64,000 nucleotides of DNA from a virus, in IMG/VR virus record IMGVR_UViG_3300025122_000009, positions 1 to 64,000 of that record; one strand, written 5' to 3'. This document shows, piece after piece, positions 37,772 through 47,274 of the stretch. Under the pieces are notes generated by a model. The model did no database searches, was not told the DNA's origin, and saw only the letters and a program-made list of their open reading frames with translations. Each line of letters starts with the position of its first letter. Positions within the stretch are counted from its first letter, which is position 1. The position numbers and the translations under genes were made by a program.

Positions 37772-37809
37772 AATAGTGGAGTGGATATTTTAATCCACTC
37801 CACTATTTA
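37772..37809 (+). promoter_or_regulatory. Perfect 15-bp inverted repeat overlapping the late motif ACTATTTA between sheath and tube
   Basis: AATAGTGGAGTGGAT-6 nt-ATCCACTCCACTATT; ACTATTTA at 37802-37809. Confidence 0.7.
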
Positions 37810-37839
37810 TAATACACTTCAGTAAGGAGACATAATGAA

Positions 37840-38436
37840 ATGGCAGGTTTTTGGACAGACATAAATATTGAACCAAAAAGAGCGTATAGATGGTTGGCGT
37901 ACATCGGAGGAATGGACCCCTTTCTTTGTAAGAAATTTACAAAGCCGAAGGTAACAATTAGTGAAACTTCACACAAGTTTCTTAATCATACTTTTTGGTA
38001 TCCCGGTCGAGCGGAATGGGATACGGTCTCCTTTACACTTGCTGACCCCGTTAATCCCGATGCTGCTGCCATTATGTTTGGCAAACTGATGATGTCTGGG
38101 TACAAATATCCAGACAACTTTAGCAATAGCGTGTCCACCATTTCCAAAGCCAAGTCCACAGCAGGACTTGGTGAAGTGAGAGTGGTCCAGTTGGGTTCTC
38201 AGGCATCTAGTGCTGATAATGCCAACCCCATTGAACAATGGACGTTGGTTAATGCCTGGATCAAAGACATCGGGTTTGGCGAACTGGATTATGAATCTGA
38301 AGATATGGTTAACATTGAAGTGACTTTGCGGTATGATTATGCTGTGTTGGATCCATTTGATCCGGAAACCGCCGCCAAGGACCAAGATGGGGCTCCGGCT
38401 CCGACACCCCAACAGTTAGCTGATACTTTGGGTTAA
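37840..38436 (+). CDS. Tail tube protein (gp19-like)
   Basis: EPKRAYRW, YPGRAEWDTV, WTLVNAW, GELDYES, VTLRYDYA; follows sheath. Confidence 0.88.
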   Translation: MAGFWTDINIEPKRAYRWLAYIGGMDPFLCKKFTKPKVTISETSHKFLNHTFWYPGRAEWDTVSFTLADPVNPDAAAIMFGKLMMSGYKYPDNFSNSVSTISKAKSTAGLGEVRVVQLGSQASSADNANPIEQWTLVNAWIKDIGFGELDYESEDMVNIEVTLRYDYAVLDPFDPETAAKDQDGAPAPTPQQLADTLG

Positions 38437-38467
38437 CAGAATTTTAGGAGAAACAAATAGGTGATAT

Positions 38468-39346
38468 ATGGCGATTCGAAACAACGAAGAAAGAATGGGA
38501 GCCCGACAGCGAAATAGTGGCGACCCACCCCCCCTCCAAGTAGAAGACCAAAAAGTAGAAAACACAAAGGAGGCACCCCCGCCTCCCATCGCTTTTTCAA
38601 CCCCAACAGAATTTGTAGACCTACCTTCAAAGGGAATGTTCTATGCCGAGGGTCACCCACTCCATGGGAAGGATTCAATTGAAATTCGTTACATGACAGC
38701 GAGGGACGAGGATATTCTAACCTCTAAATCCCTTTTGAAAAAGGGAATAGCTATTGACAGGCTATTGCAAAATGTTATTGTTGATAAGAATGTTGAAGTT
38801 GAACAGTTATTGATTGGCGACAAAAATGCCTTAGTGATTGCTGCAAGGATTACGGGGTATGGTGCGGATTACAGCACGAAGCTTATGTGCCCTGCTTGCG
38901 GCACCCATACCCAGACATCTATTGATCTGGGAGAAGTACCCCATGCAGAGGTAGAGTTCCCAGAAGAGGTGGATCGCACAGCAAACGGGACATTTATAAT
39001 TATTCCTCCTCGTACCGAAGCACAGGTGGAAGTAAAATTGTTAACAGGGGTAGATGAGAAAAAGTTGGCTAAAACAATCGCGTTTAAAAAGAAGAAGAAC
39101 CTTCCCGAGTCTACTCTAACAGATCAACTTAGATTGAGCATCGTATCAGTAAACGGAACAAAAGAACCTAATATGATTAATCTTTTTATTGGTGCGTTGC
39201 CCGCTTCAGACGCTCGTTATATTCGCGATCTTTATTCAAAAATCATGCCGAATGTAGATATGAAACATGAATTCGAATGTCCTGCCTGTGGTTATGAACA
39301 GGAAGCGGAGGTGCCGTTCACAACGGACTTTTTTTGGCCTAAGTGA
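38468..39346 (+). CDS. Tail/baseplate assembly chaperone (gp26-like; lambda G analogue)
   Basis: VDLPSKG, IRYMTARDEDIL, two CPAC(G) knuckles, ends DFFWPK; between tube and tape measure. Confidence 0.7.
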   Translation: MAIRNNEERMGARQRNSGDPPPLQVEDQKVENTKEAPPPPIAFSTPTEFVDLPSKGMFYAEGHPLHGKDSIEIRYMTARDEDILTSKSLLKKGIAIDRLLQNVIVDKNVEVEQLLIGDKNALVIAARITGYGADYSTKLMCPACGTHTQTSIDLGEVPHAEVEFPEEVDRTANGTFIIIPPRTEAQVEVKLLTGVDEKKLAKTIAFKKKKNLPESTLTDQLRLSIVSVNGTKEPNMINLFIGALPASDARYIRDLYSKIMPNVDMKHEFECPACGYEQEAEVPFTTDFFWPK

Positions 39347-39557
39347 TAAGTACATCGAACATGTTTATGAACAATTTTTTGTCCTCAAATACCACGGAGG
39401 ATGGAGTTTCTTTGAGGCATACAATCTTCCGGTGAAGTTGCGTAGCTGGTTTTTACTTCGTTTGCAGAAGCAGTTGGAACAGGAAAAGCAGCAAATGGAT
39501 GAGGCATCCAGAAAAGCTAAGAGCAAAGGTGGCTCTCGTTCCCTCCCGCGCCGATGA
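39329..39557 (+). CDS. Frameshift-accessed extension of the chaperone (GT analogue)
   Basis: T7 run at 39329-39335 just before the stop; +1 frame continues FFGLSDKYIEHVYEQFFVLKYHGGWSFFEAYNLPVKLRSWFL with no convincing start of its own. Confidence 0.65.
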
Positions 39558-39633
39558 TAAATTAAACATTCCTTCCTTATTTTAATACAATAACTAATTA
39601 TAATGAACCACTATATCCGTTGGAGGAGAAATA

Positions 39634-39999
39634 ATGGACAGTAAGATGCCTGATGAAACCCCTATTGTTATTGACTTGAGCGCAGCTAATAAAGTTGAGG
39701 TTAGTGAACGCCTCAACTATTTACAGAAGTTGGCTATTTCATCCCCCGAATTTTTGGGCAGTTGGATAGGCAGTATTATGCATCGTATGTTCGGGGGCCC
39801 TGCGATTCCCGTTACCGTGCGCGGCACTCGTTCCCAGATTAAAACTTTCGCCAATACCCTCCAAAAAGAAAAGCGTTATATTGAGAATTATAATAAATAT
39901 GGTTTAAATGATCCCAATACTTATAAATCCAAGGCTAAACTCCAAAATGCTGTCTCTAAATTTGAGCGAGCAACGGGTATAAGGTGGCCCTTCAAATAG
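39634..39999 (+). CDS. Hypothetical protein
   Basis: GGAGGAG RBS; ACTAATTA at 39593-39600. Confidence 0.6.
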   Translation: MDSKMPDETPIVIDLSAANKVEVSERLNYLQKLAISSPEFLGSWIGSIMHRMFGGPAIPVTVRGTRSQIKTFANTLQKEKRYIENYNKYGLNDPNTYKSKAKLQNAVSKFERATGIRWPFK

Positions 40000-40013
40000 A
40001 GAGGAATCTATAG

Positions 40014-43000
40014 GTGACGAACGGACCACAAGACGAAGCTGCTGCTCAAAGAGCCGCCGATTTAGCCGCCCTTAATTTGGAACGCGCTAAGGCGCTATCT
40101 AAAATAAACGCAGAAAATCTTACCTTAGCGGAAGCCGCACAGAAAGCCAACGAAGGCACTATTAGAGCGCTCGAAAGACAGACTATGCACATGGAGCGTG
40201 AACTAGAACTGGCCATAGAGAAGGGCGACAAAGACCAAGACGAACTTGACGCCCTCCTAAAAAAAATCGATGCCAACAAAAGACTTGTGGGTCTGGCCCA
40301 GGATAATTTAGACCTTGCCAATAGGCGCGTTGAAGCACAAGGCAAACTACGCGATATAGGTGGGGACATTTTACGCTCTAGTATGGGTATTAATACTGCC
40401 TGGAAAGATAGTACAATGTTGGGCACCCTGGTATCCGCCGCCGAGTCTGGAGAAGACTTTGCTGATAACTTAAATCTAATTGCTGATGGCTTCGAAGATA
40501 TGATACAGCCTCTCAACGTTGCGGGGATGGCTATTACCAAATTATTTGACACAACCAAACAGATGGTGTTGAGCCTCGACGGCGCTTTCGCTTCTTTCAA
40601 CGCAGCAACTGGCCAAGCCGGAAAATATAATGAAACAATTGTTGCAACAGCCGATGCGGCAGCGAAGTTTGGCATAGATGCCGCCGGTGCTGGCGAAGCC
40701 GCACAAGCGCTTTTCGTAAACATGTCGAGCTATACAGATCTTGCCCCCGACGTAGCAGCCCAATTGGGCACAACGGCTGCCGGCTTGGAGAAAATGGGGT
40801 TTGGGGCAGCCAACGCCGGCAAAATAATGGATCACGCCATGAAGGGGTGGGGCATGAGCGTTGGTGAGGCCGAACAAATGACAATGGACTTAGCAGCATC
40901 GGCCCAAGCCCTGGGCATGGATATAACACAATATGGAGCCCAATTTCAGACCGCCATGAAAGAGCTGGGCAAATATGGGCCTGAAGCCGTAGACATATTT
41001 AAGGATTTGGCCGCTGTTTCGAAAACGGCGGGTGTTGAAATGGATACGCTAATGGGAATAGCTGATCAGTTTGACACCATCGATAAAGCGGCAGAGGCAT
41101 CCTCCAAACTTAATATGATTATGGGAGGAAATTTATTTAACAGCATGGAACTGTTGAATTTAAAAGAGCATGAAAGAATAAAGGTAGTCCAAAAGCGTAT
41201 TGCTCAATCGGGTCGTTCGTGGTCAGCGATGGATCAACATGAAAGACAGGCTCTGGCGGCCACTCTTCAAATTAGCGATATGGCGGAAGCCAATAGACTC
41301 TTCGGCATGAGCGCTTCGGCTTATGAAGAAAACGCCAAGAAATCGGCAGAAGCTACAATGCATCAAGAACAATTGGCAGAAGCTACTAAAGCCTCTACGT
41401 CCATGGGAGAGAAGTTTGCCCTTATTATGGAACGAATGGCTATTGGAGCGTCGTTTATTGTCGAGGGAATTAATTGGATTCTAGATGGGCTCTTAGAGTT
41501 GGGCGACGCGGCAGGATGGATACTATTTGGCGTATTGATTCTCGGGCTCTGGGCGCTCTCGGCTGTAATAAGAATTGTCGCAAAGAAAATGGGCCAATAT
41601 ATAGGGGAAGGGATGGGCGAAGCCATTCGGGGTGTAATGGACGCCACCGGTGAGGGAGCAGAGCAGCTAGGGGAGAGTATTCAAAAAATGGGACAATCTA
41701 TTCGAGCCGTCTGGCCTTCCATTTTGGCCATCGGCGCAGCTTTCTTGATGATGGGGCTCGCTCTCTTTTTGGTTGTATATGGTATTGTGCTCTTGGCCCG
41801 GGCCATAGGTGAATTATCGGGTGGTCAAATGTTCTTATTGGCAGGGATACTTATTGGAATTGGGGTGGGGCTATATTTTGCCATTCCCGCGTTACTTTCA
41901 TTTGCCGCAGCGTCTGCGGCATCCGCCGTCCCCATTCTTATGCTAGGAGCCGCTTTTGCCCTCTTCGGCCTCGCTGTATTATTGGCCGGTGTGGGATTAT
42001 GGATTGTAGCTAATGCTATTCTAATGTTGGTACCCCATGTCGCTTCCGTTTTCCTTCTGGTGGTTGCTTTGGGACTTTTAGCAGCCGTATTGTGGGGCCT
42101 TTCTCTAGTTGCCTTTCCTATTTTCTTGGGCATGATCCTCATCTCTAGTGCTTTGGTGATACTAGGGGTGGGTATTGCAGCTGTCGCCATACCCATGATG
42201 CTTTTCTCGTTGGCTGTTACCATGTTGGCGGCTGGTATAAAGGCCATGGCCGCCGGGATGTGGGCCTTTGCGGACGCTCTCTTCGCAATTGTTCCTCTGA
42301 TCCCACAGGTAATGTTACTCGCAGGCTCGATGATGCTTCTGGGAATGTCTGCCATGCTATTGACTGTGTTTGGACCTTTAGCTGGAATTGGACTCGGAAT
42401 TATGGCGCTTGGTGTAGGGTATCTGGCCGCTGCTTTGTTGCTGATTAAGACCAAAGATCTTATAGCATTGGGAGTAATAATGACAGGCTTTGCTGCAGCT
42501 GCCAAAAATATGGATAAGGTAAAGTCGGCTGCGGGTTATATTGATGATATGAACGACTCTCTACTAGATGGTCTCCCCGTTTATGAAGACGCGATTCCTC
42601 TCCTAGCCATGCTTGGAACTTCTTTCGTTACTTTTGGTGGGGATGTATTAATGGGGGTGGCGGCTCTAGAATTATTTGGTGGTGTGTTATCATTTCTTAC
42701 CCCAATAATGGAACTTTTCACGCAAACTTTTGACCATTTGGCTTTCGCAGTACTGCCACAATTTTTTAGCATGACTCCGATGTGGCTTGAGTTGGCTGCG
42801 GTATGGCTTACTTTCATGCCTATTGCTATGATGTTGGCCGCCGTTATACGAGAATTCGCGCTGTGGAGTATGATTGCTGCGTATGGCATGATGTCGCTGG
42901 GGGCCTCACTATTTTGGGCCGGGGCAGCTATCAATAGTATTCAGGCGGAGACCCTCAACGCGCTAGCGGAATTTTTCAAGGCCCTCGTTTTAGCTCTTCA

Positions 43001-43415
43001 AGGCGGTATTGCAGGGATGATGGACGACATTAGTTGGTCGTTGTGGCAAGTTAGCTGGGCGACCAATTTGCTTGATGAATCCGCGACGGCTAGTTTGGGG
43101 CACATGTTTCATGGATTGGCAGTCGCGTTCCCGGAAATTGCTAAACCAGAGGCCCCGGAGCAGTTGGAAAAAGTAGTTCAAGCGCTAAATTCGGTAGAAA
43201 CTTCATGGATGGATAAAATTGGCGACGTGCTTGATCCCTTCGGTATTTACGGAGGCATTTTTGATGCGATGACTGGTGGGGGTGGTAAAAAAGAAGCTGC
43301 TGCAGGAACCGCCGGCGCCGGTAACCAGACCATTATATTAAAGGTGGATGGCCGAGAATTGGGTAGGGCCGTAACTAAGTCACTAAACCAAGTGAACAAC
43401 TTGCAGCTAGGGTAA
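40014..43415 (+). CDS. Tape measure protein
   Basis: 1133 aa, Ala-rich helical, long hydrophobic middle, C-terminal LKVDGRELGRAV; position after tube and chaperone. Confidence 0.85.
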   Translation: MTNGPQDEAAAQRAADLAALNLERAKALSKINAENLTLAEAAQKANEGTIRALERQTMHMERELELAIEKGDKDQDELDALLKKIDANKRLVGLAQDNLDLANRRVEAQGKLRDIGGDILRSSMGINTAWKDSTMLGTLVSAAESGEDFADNLNLIADGFEDMIQPLNVAGMAITKLFDTTKQMVLSLDGAFASFNAATGQAGKYNETIVATADAAAKFGIDAAGAGEAAQALFVNMSSYTDLAPDVAAQLGTTAAGLEKMGFGAANAGKIMDHAMKGWGMSVGEAEQMTMDLAASAQALGMDITQYGAQFQTAMKELGKYGPEAVDIFKDLAAVSKTAGVEMDTLMGIADQFDTIDKAAEASSKLNMIMGGNLFNSMELLNLKEHERIKVVQKRIAQSGRSWSAMDQHERQALAATLQISDMAEANRLFGMSASAYEENAKKSAEATMHQEQLAEATKASTSMGEKFALIMERMAIGASFIVEGINWILDGLLELGDAAGWILFGVLILGLWALSAVIRIVAKKMGQYIGEGMGEAIRGVMDATGEGAEQLGESIQKMGQSIRAVWPSILAIGAAFLMMGLALFLVVYGIVLLARAIGELSGGQMFLLAGILIGIGVGLYFAIPALLSFAAASAASAVPILMLGAAFALFGLAVLLAGVGLWIVANAILMLVPHVASVFLLVVALGLLAAVLWGLSLVAFPIFLGMILISSALVILGVGIAAVAIPMMLFSLAVTMLAAGIKAMAAGMWAFADALFAIVPLIPQVMLLAGSMMLLGMSAMLLTVFGPLAGIGLGIMALGVGYLAAALLLIKTKDLIALGVIMTGFAAAAKNMDKVKSAAGYIDDMNDSLLDGLPVYEDAIPLLAMLGTSFVTFGGDVLMGVAALELFGGVLSFLTPIMELFTQTFDHLAFAVLPQFFSMTPMWLELAAVWLTFMPIAMMLAAVIREFALWSMIAAYGMMSLGASLFWAGAAINSIQAETLNALAEFFKALVLALQGGIAGMMDDISWSLWQVSWATNLLDESATASLGHMFHGLAVAFPEIAKPEAPEQLEKVVQALNSVETSWMDKIGDVLDPFGIYGGIFDAMTGGGGKKEAAAGTAGAGNQTIILKVDGRELGRAVTKSLNQVNNLQLG

Positions 43416-43435
43416 ATAAAGGAGGGTAGTGAAAA

Positions 43436-44293
43436 ATGGCGTTTGAGTGGTGGAACATGAAGTTGGGTCCGAAGCCGGAAAGTCGGAGCGTGGCATATGA
43501 TGATGAGAGTTCCGCTTACGCCAATTATCGCAACTTATATATTAATTTTTTAGGAGTGGGGACAGGCCGCGCCGTTCGTTTTAAAGCATTCTTAACGGAC
43601 TTTTCTGATGACTTCTCTTCAAATTGGAACGAAGAAGAAGTATATGGAAGGATGGACCCTATTCTTACTTTCCAATCAACAAAGCGTGCTTTGACTTTTG
43701 CTTTTGATGTCCCTTCCGCTAACTATGCTGAAGCGGTTGCTAATTTTCGACGCCTTTCGCTACTGATCGGCCTGTTATATCCCGGGTATTCCGGAGGGGG
43801 TGCTAACGCACTTTCCACCGCACCGCTGTTCAAAGTTTCCTTTACCAATTGGGTGAACACAGGTACTGGAGGAGCGGTCCAGGAGAGCGGACTCGTGGGA
43901 GGCATCAAAGGATTCAATTTTACGCCGGATTTAGAAGCGGGAGTGTGGGACGATCCGGGCTTTGTTACGCCCAAAATATTTAGTGTTAGTTGTGACATGA
44001 CTGTGTTACATACTGAAGCTTTGGGGTGGTCAGGCAGTAGCTGGAGAGGCCGAGGACCCGGGACGCAGTTCCCTTATGGTGCACCCTTTATGGAACAGCC
44101 GGAGGGAATGGAATTGCCGGATAAAGAGGTCACGCAACAGAACGATGCGGGGTCATCGGGAACGGATGAAATGGTGGAGGCGGCTGAAGAGATTATTTTG
44201 GAGGGTGGAATGTCAATGGACCCGAACCAAGCCGGCGCACCGATGACCTCGGCAGACGAAACCGCTGACTACACTGTTAACACTTTAGACTAG
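43436..44293 (+). CDS. Baseplate tube-initiator-like protein (gp48/gp54-like)
   Basis: FKAFLTDFSD, VYGRMDPI, LYPGY, APLFKV; follows tape measure. Confidence 0.6.
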   Translation: MAFEWWNMKLGPKPESRSVAYDDESSAYANYRNLYINFLGVGTGRAVRFKAFLTDFSDDFSSNWNEEEVYGRMDPILTFQSTKRALTFAFDVPSANYAEAVANFRRLSLLIGLLYPGYSGGGANALSTAPLFKVSFTNWVNTGTGGAVQESGLVGGIKGFNFTPDLEAGVWDDPGFVTPKIFSVSCDMTVLHTEALGWSGSSWRGRGPGTQFPYGAPFMEQPEGMELPDKEVTQQNDAGSSGTDEMVEAAEEIILEGGMSMDPNQAGAPMTSADETADYTVNTLD

Positions 44294-44309
44294 GAAGGTA
44301 TATAATAAA

Positions 44310-44648
44310 ATGGCATCAAGATATATAAATCGTAAAATTACGAGAAACGATAATAAACTTTACAAATCGGTGTTTGAGGATAGAAATGTTAAGTATATTA
44401 GACAGTTTCGTTCACCGGTTCTGGCTTATCCTACAGCAGATCAGATGCGTCTCGTTCAAAAGGTTGGCCATATTTGGACACTGGGTGACAGATATTATAA
44501 ATTAGCGCATAAACATTACGGAGAATCTCAGTATTGGTGGGTAATTGCTTGGTTTAATAAAAAGCCCACGGAAGCACACGTCGCGCTGGGTGATACCATT
44601 TATGTGCCGCTTCCTTTACACGCAATTTTAGGCATGCTACAGGTATAA
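44310..44648 (+). CDS. LysM/tail-X-like baseplate protein (gp53-like)
   Basis: GDRYYKLAHKHYGESQYWWVIAWFN...GDTIYVP. Confidence 0.75.
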   Translation: MASRYINRKITRNDNKLYKSVFEDRNVKYIRQFRSPVLAYPTADQMRLVQKVGHIWTLGDRYYKLAHKHYGESQYWWVIAWFNKKPTEAHVALGDTIYVPLPLHAILGMLQV

Positions 44649-44652
44649 AAGA

Positions 44653-47259
44653 ATGAGTACTGAGCCCACAGTCACTACCGATGCGGATCAAAATCCAGCC
44701 GGTCAACCAAGATTTGCAGAACAGTGTTACTTATTATGGAATTGGTCAACCTTCCATAAACAAAATTTGAGTCAGACCTATAGTAATTTTACTGTTTTAA
44801 TGGGTGAACCCTCGATGATTATTAACCGCCTTCTGTCTAAAAAAGGAATAGAGAGGCTCTTTGAACTGAAGCCTGTTGAAGTATCTGCTCTGGTCCCTAA
44901 AATTCGCATCTTCAAATCTCGTCCCGGAGGAGGGGCAGATCAAGAATTAATATTTCAGGACCATACCTCCCGCTCTTCGATTGAAAACATTATGAAAAGT
45001 GGTTATGGCCGTGGCGACGGTATTGGCATTAAAGGTTTTGATTATGAACTAGAGGGGGGTGCACCAAAGGGCGGCGCCGCGATGGTCCAAAAGGGATCTA
45101 CCAAGCTTAATTTTAAATTTTTATTTCAAAATTTGGAAATGTTAGTTCACCGAAGCGAAGGTCACCCCGCTTTAATTGATTTACTTACATTACCTCCCGC
45201 AAGCGATCAGCCGCCCCTCAATTGCCCCGAAGGGGGCGCTGTAAATATTTCTCATTTATGGGATACAAAAGAGTTTGTCATGAAGGTGGTGTATGGGTGG
45301 GCGGTCCCCAACGGGTCTTTGATTAGTAATGACCTCAAGGCCGCGATTCGCGGCGCTGCTACCACTTTGATGGTAAACACTACCGGGCACGATCTAGATT
45401 TTCAACTAGACGGAAGCGTTCAGTTGAGTGTGGATGCCACGGGATATGCCGATGCCGTCCTGCGTGATCCGCTTTCTGATGTTTTGTGGCTCGACAAGAA
45501 ACGATCTAAAAATCAGGATATGAAAAAAACGGAGATAGAGGACACTAAAAAAGAGTTGGATGAGGCCAAAAAATTAAAGGAAGAGGGTGAAAAAGAAGAG
45601 GCGACAGCAGAGAAGGAGCAGAGTGGTTGGCAAGACCTCGGTGACATGGTTGGTCTGGGCAGCGATGCAAACCAAGACGCCGAGAAAAAAATTGAGGATG
45701 CGGAAGCGGTCATAGATAAAAAAGAAGAGGAGGTGAAGGCCGCAGCGAAAGCTTATGATAAAGATGCGGCGGCCAATAAAGTGTTTGTATATCAGAGATT
45801 ATTGAATGCCCTTAACACGTCGGGGCGAATACTTTATTTCGATTTAACACCGGAACAAATTACCGCTTATGAGGCCGATGTGGCCGCCACTCTTAAGGCG
45901 CGTTCTGGAGCCGGCGCCAAAGCTCCAGCCCCGGCCTCTCCAGAAGCATCAGATACCAAAGGGCCCGAAGAGAAGGAGAAGGAGATAGCCGAAGCCAAAC
46001 CAGCAGAGCAGGAGGAGTTAGAAAAGAAGGATGTAGAGGGAAACGAGTCCACCCAGCCTGAAATAAAGCCTCAGACCGCTGACCCTGGAGAGACACCTGT
46101 TGGAGATAATAACACTGCCGTGGAAAAGGCTGTTGAAAAAACCGTCGAAGACCCCGAAGGGGCCAAAAAGGACTTGGAGAAGCATATAGAAACAAATTTA
46201 GTCCAAACAGGCGGCCAGTCTCCCATTAACAGAGTCTTTTATTTCTACTATGGCGACCTTTTGGACGTAGTATTTGGAGTGTTAAATGACAACCCCGCTG
46301 CTATAAATATAAGATCAATGTTAGGGCCGATTTCTTTTACTGATGCCAAAACTAACGTTAAAACGATTTGTAATTTGGCTGACATTCCTATTTCGTTAAA
46401 TAAGTTTTTAGAGTGGTTTAACCGTAACGTGGTGGGGGAAGGGGTGACGGAATATCTTTTAGAAAAGTTTGTGAAGGATACTATTAAAGGGCTATTGATG
46501 TCGGCACTAGGGGATGATTGCTGGGAAAGTCAAGGTGCCCCCACACCGTCGCCCACTGTGGCCATGATTCCCTTGATTGTGCCGGGGACAGGCGAGGGCG
46601 GCCAGGAAGCTAGAATCCCGAAAGGGGGGCGCCTCAACGTAGGGGACATATCGTCTGTGAACATTAAAGAATTGGTTCCTGGCACCGAAGACCGCAGCGC
46701 CACTGGCCTTCATACTTATATTTACATATACTCATATGCATGGTCGGCGGGAGATTTAAACGGGGATCCTGCAGCCGATTATGACAAAGGCATCTATCAT
46801 CTTAATATTGGAGGAGACCGAGGGCTTGTTAAAAGTATGAAGTTCAGTAAAATAAGCATGCCCCACATAGAGGCTTCCCGGGCGCTCAAACAAAGTTGTG
46901 ATTTGAGACACCTACAACAAGCGTATAAAATTGTAGTAGAGATGATTGGCAATTCGATATTTAAGCCCGGGCAAATGGTCTATATTAATCCCTCCACTAT
47001 GGGCAGCGGAGATCCTCAGTCGCGTCGTCTTATCACAGAGAAACTGGGCTTGGGTGGGTATTACACGATACAGAAAGTGTCTGGCGATATTACTGCGGCG
47101 GGATTTCGCACTACCATAGAGGGTGTGCGCGAGCACGGAAGCGAGAATAGTGATCCTAAAACCCAACCTCCTACTGATGGCGCCGCTGCAACGGAACCAC
47201 CTGTGGATGCCATACCTGACAATATGACTCTTCCGAAGGGCATAACCCCGGACCAATAA
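44653..47259 (+). CDS. Baseplate hub-like protein
   Basis: C-terminal VEMIGNSIFKPGQMVYI...GYYTIQKVS...GFRTTIEG typical of hub/gpD folds. Confidence 0.6.
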   Translation: MSTEPTVTTDADQNPAGQPRFAEQCYLLWNWSTFHKQNLSQTYSNFTVLMGEPSMIINRLLSKKGIERLFELKPVEVSALVPKIRIFKSRPGGGADQELIFQDHTSRSSIENIMKSGYGRGDGIGIKGFDYELEGGAPKGGAAMVQKGSTKLNFKFLFQNLEMLVHRSEGHPALIDLLTLPPASDQPPLNCPEGGAVNISHLWDTKEFVMKVVYGWAVPNGSLISNDLKAAIRGAATTLMVNTTGHDLDFQLDGSVQLSVDATGYADAVLRDPLSDVLWLDKKRSKNQDMKKTEIEDTKKELDEAKKLKEEGEKEEATAEKEQSGWQDLGDMVGLGSDANQDAEKKIEDAEAVIDKKEEEVKAAAKAYDKDAAANKVFVYQRLLNALNTSGRILYFDLTPEQITAYEADVAATLKARSGAGAKAPAPASPEASDTKGPEEKEKEIAEAKPAEQEELEKKDVEGNESTQPEIKPQTADPGETPVGDNNTAVEKAVEKTVEDPEGAKKDLEKHIETNLVQTGGQSPINRVFYFYYGDLLDVVFGVLNDNPAAINIRSMLGPISFTDAKTNVKTICNLADIPISLNKFLEWFNRNVVGEGVTEYLLEKFVKDTIKGLLMSALGDDCWESQGAPTPSPTVAMIPLIVPGTGEGGQEARIPKGGRLNVGDISSVNIKELVPGTEDRSATGLHTYIYIYSYAWSAGDLNGDPAADYDKGIYHLNIGGDRGLVKSMKFSKISMPHIEASRALKQSCDLRHLQQAYKIVVEMIGNSIFKPGQMVYINPSTMGSGDPQSRRLITEKLGLGGYYTIQKVSGDITAAGFRTTIEGVREHGSENSDPKTQPPTDGAAATEPPVDAIPDNMTLPKGITPDQ

Positions 47260-47274
47260 TGAGGGAAAAAATAT

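Noticed and set aside
39267-39328. Independent ATG start for the 96-aa ORF
   Set aside because: No RBS and the first 20 residues look like off-frame sequence; a frameshift at the T7 run explains it better.
40046-43181. Several long minus-strand ORFs
   Set aside because: Shadows of the Ala-rich tape measure gene.
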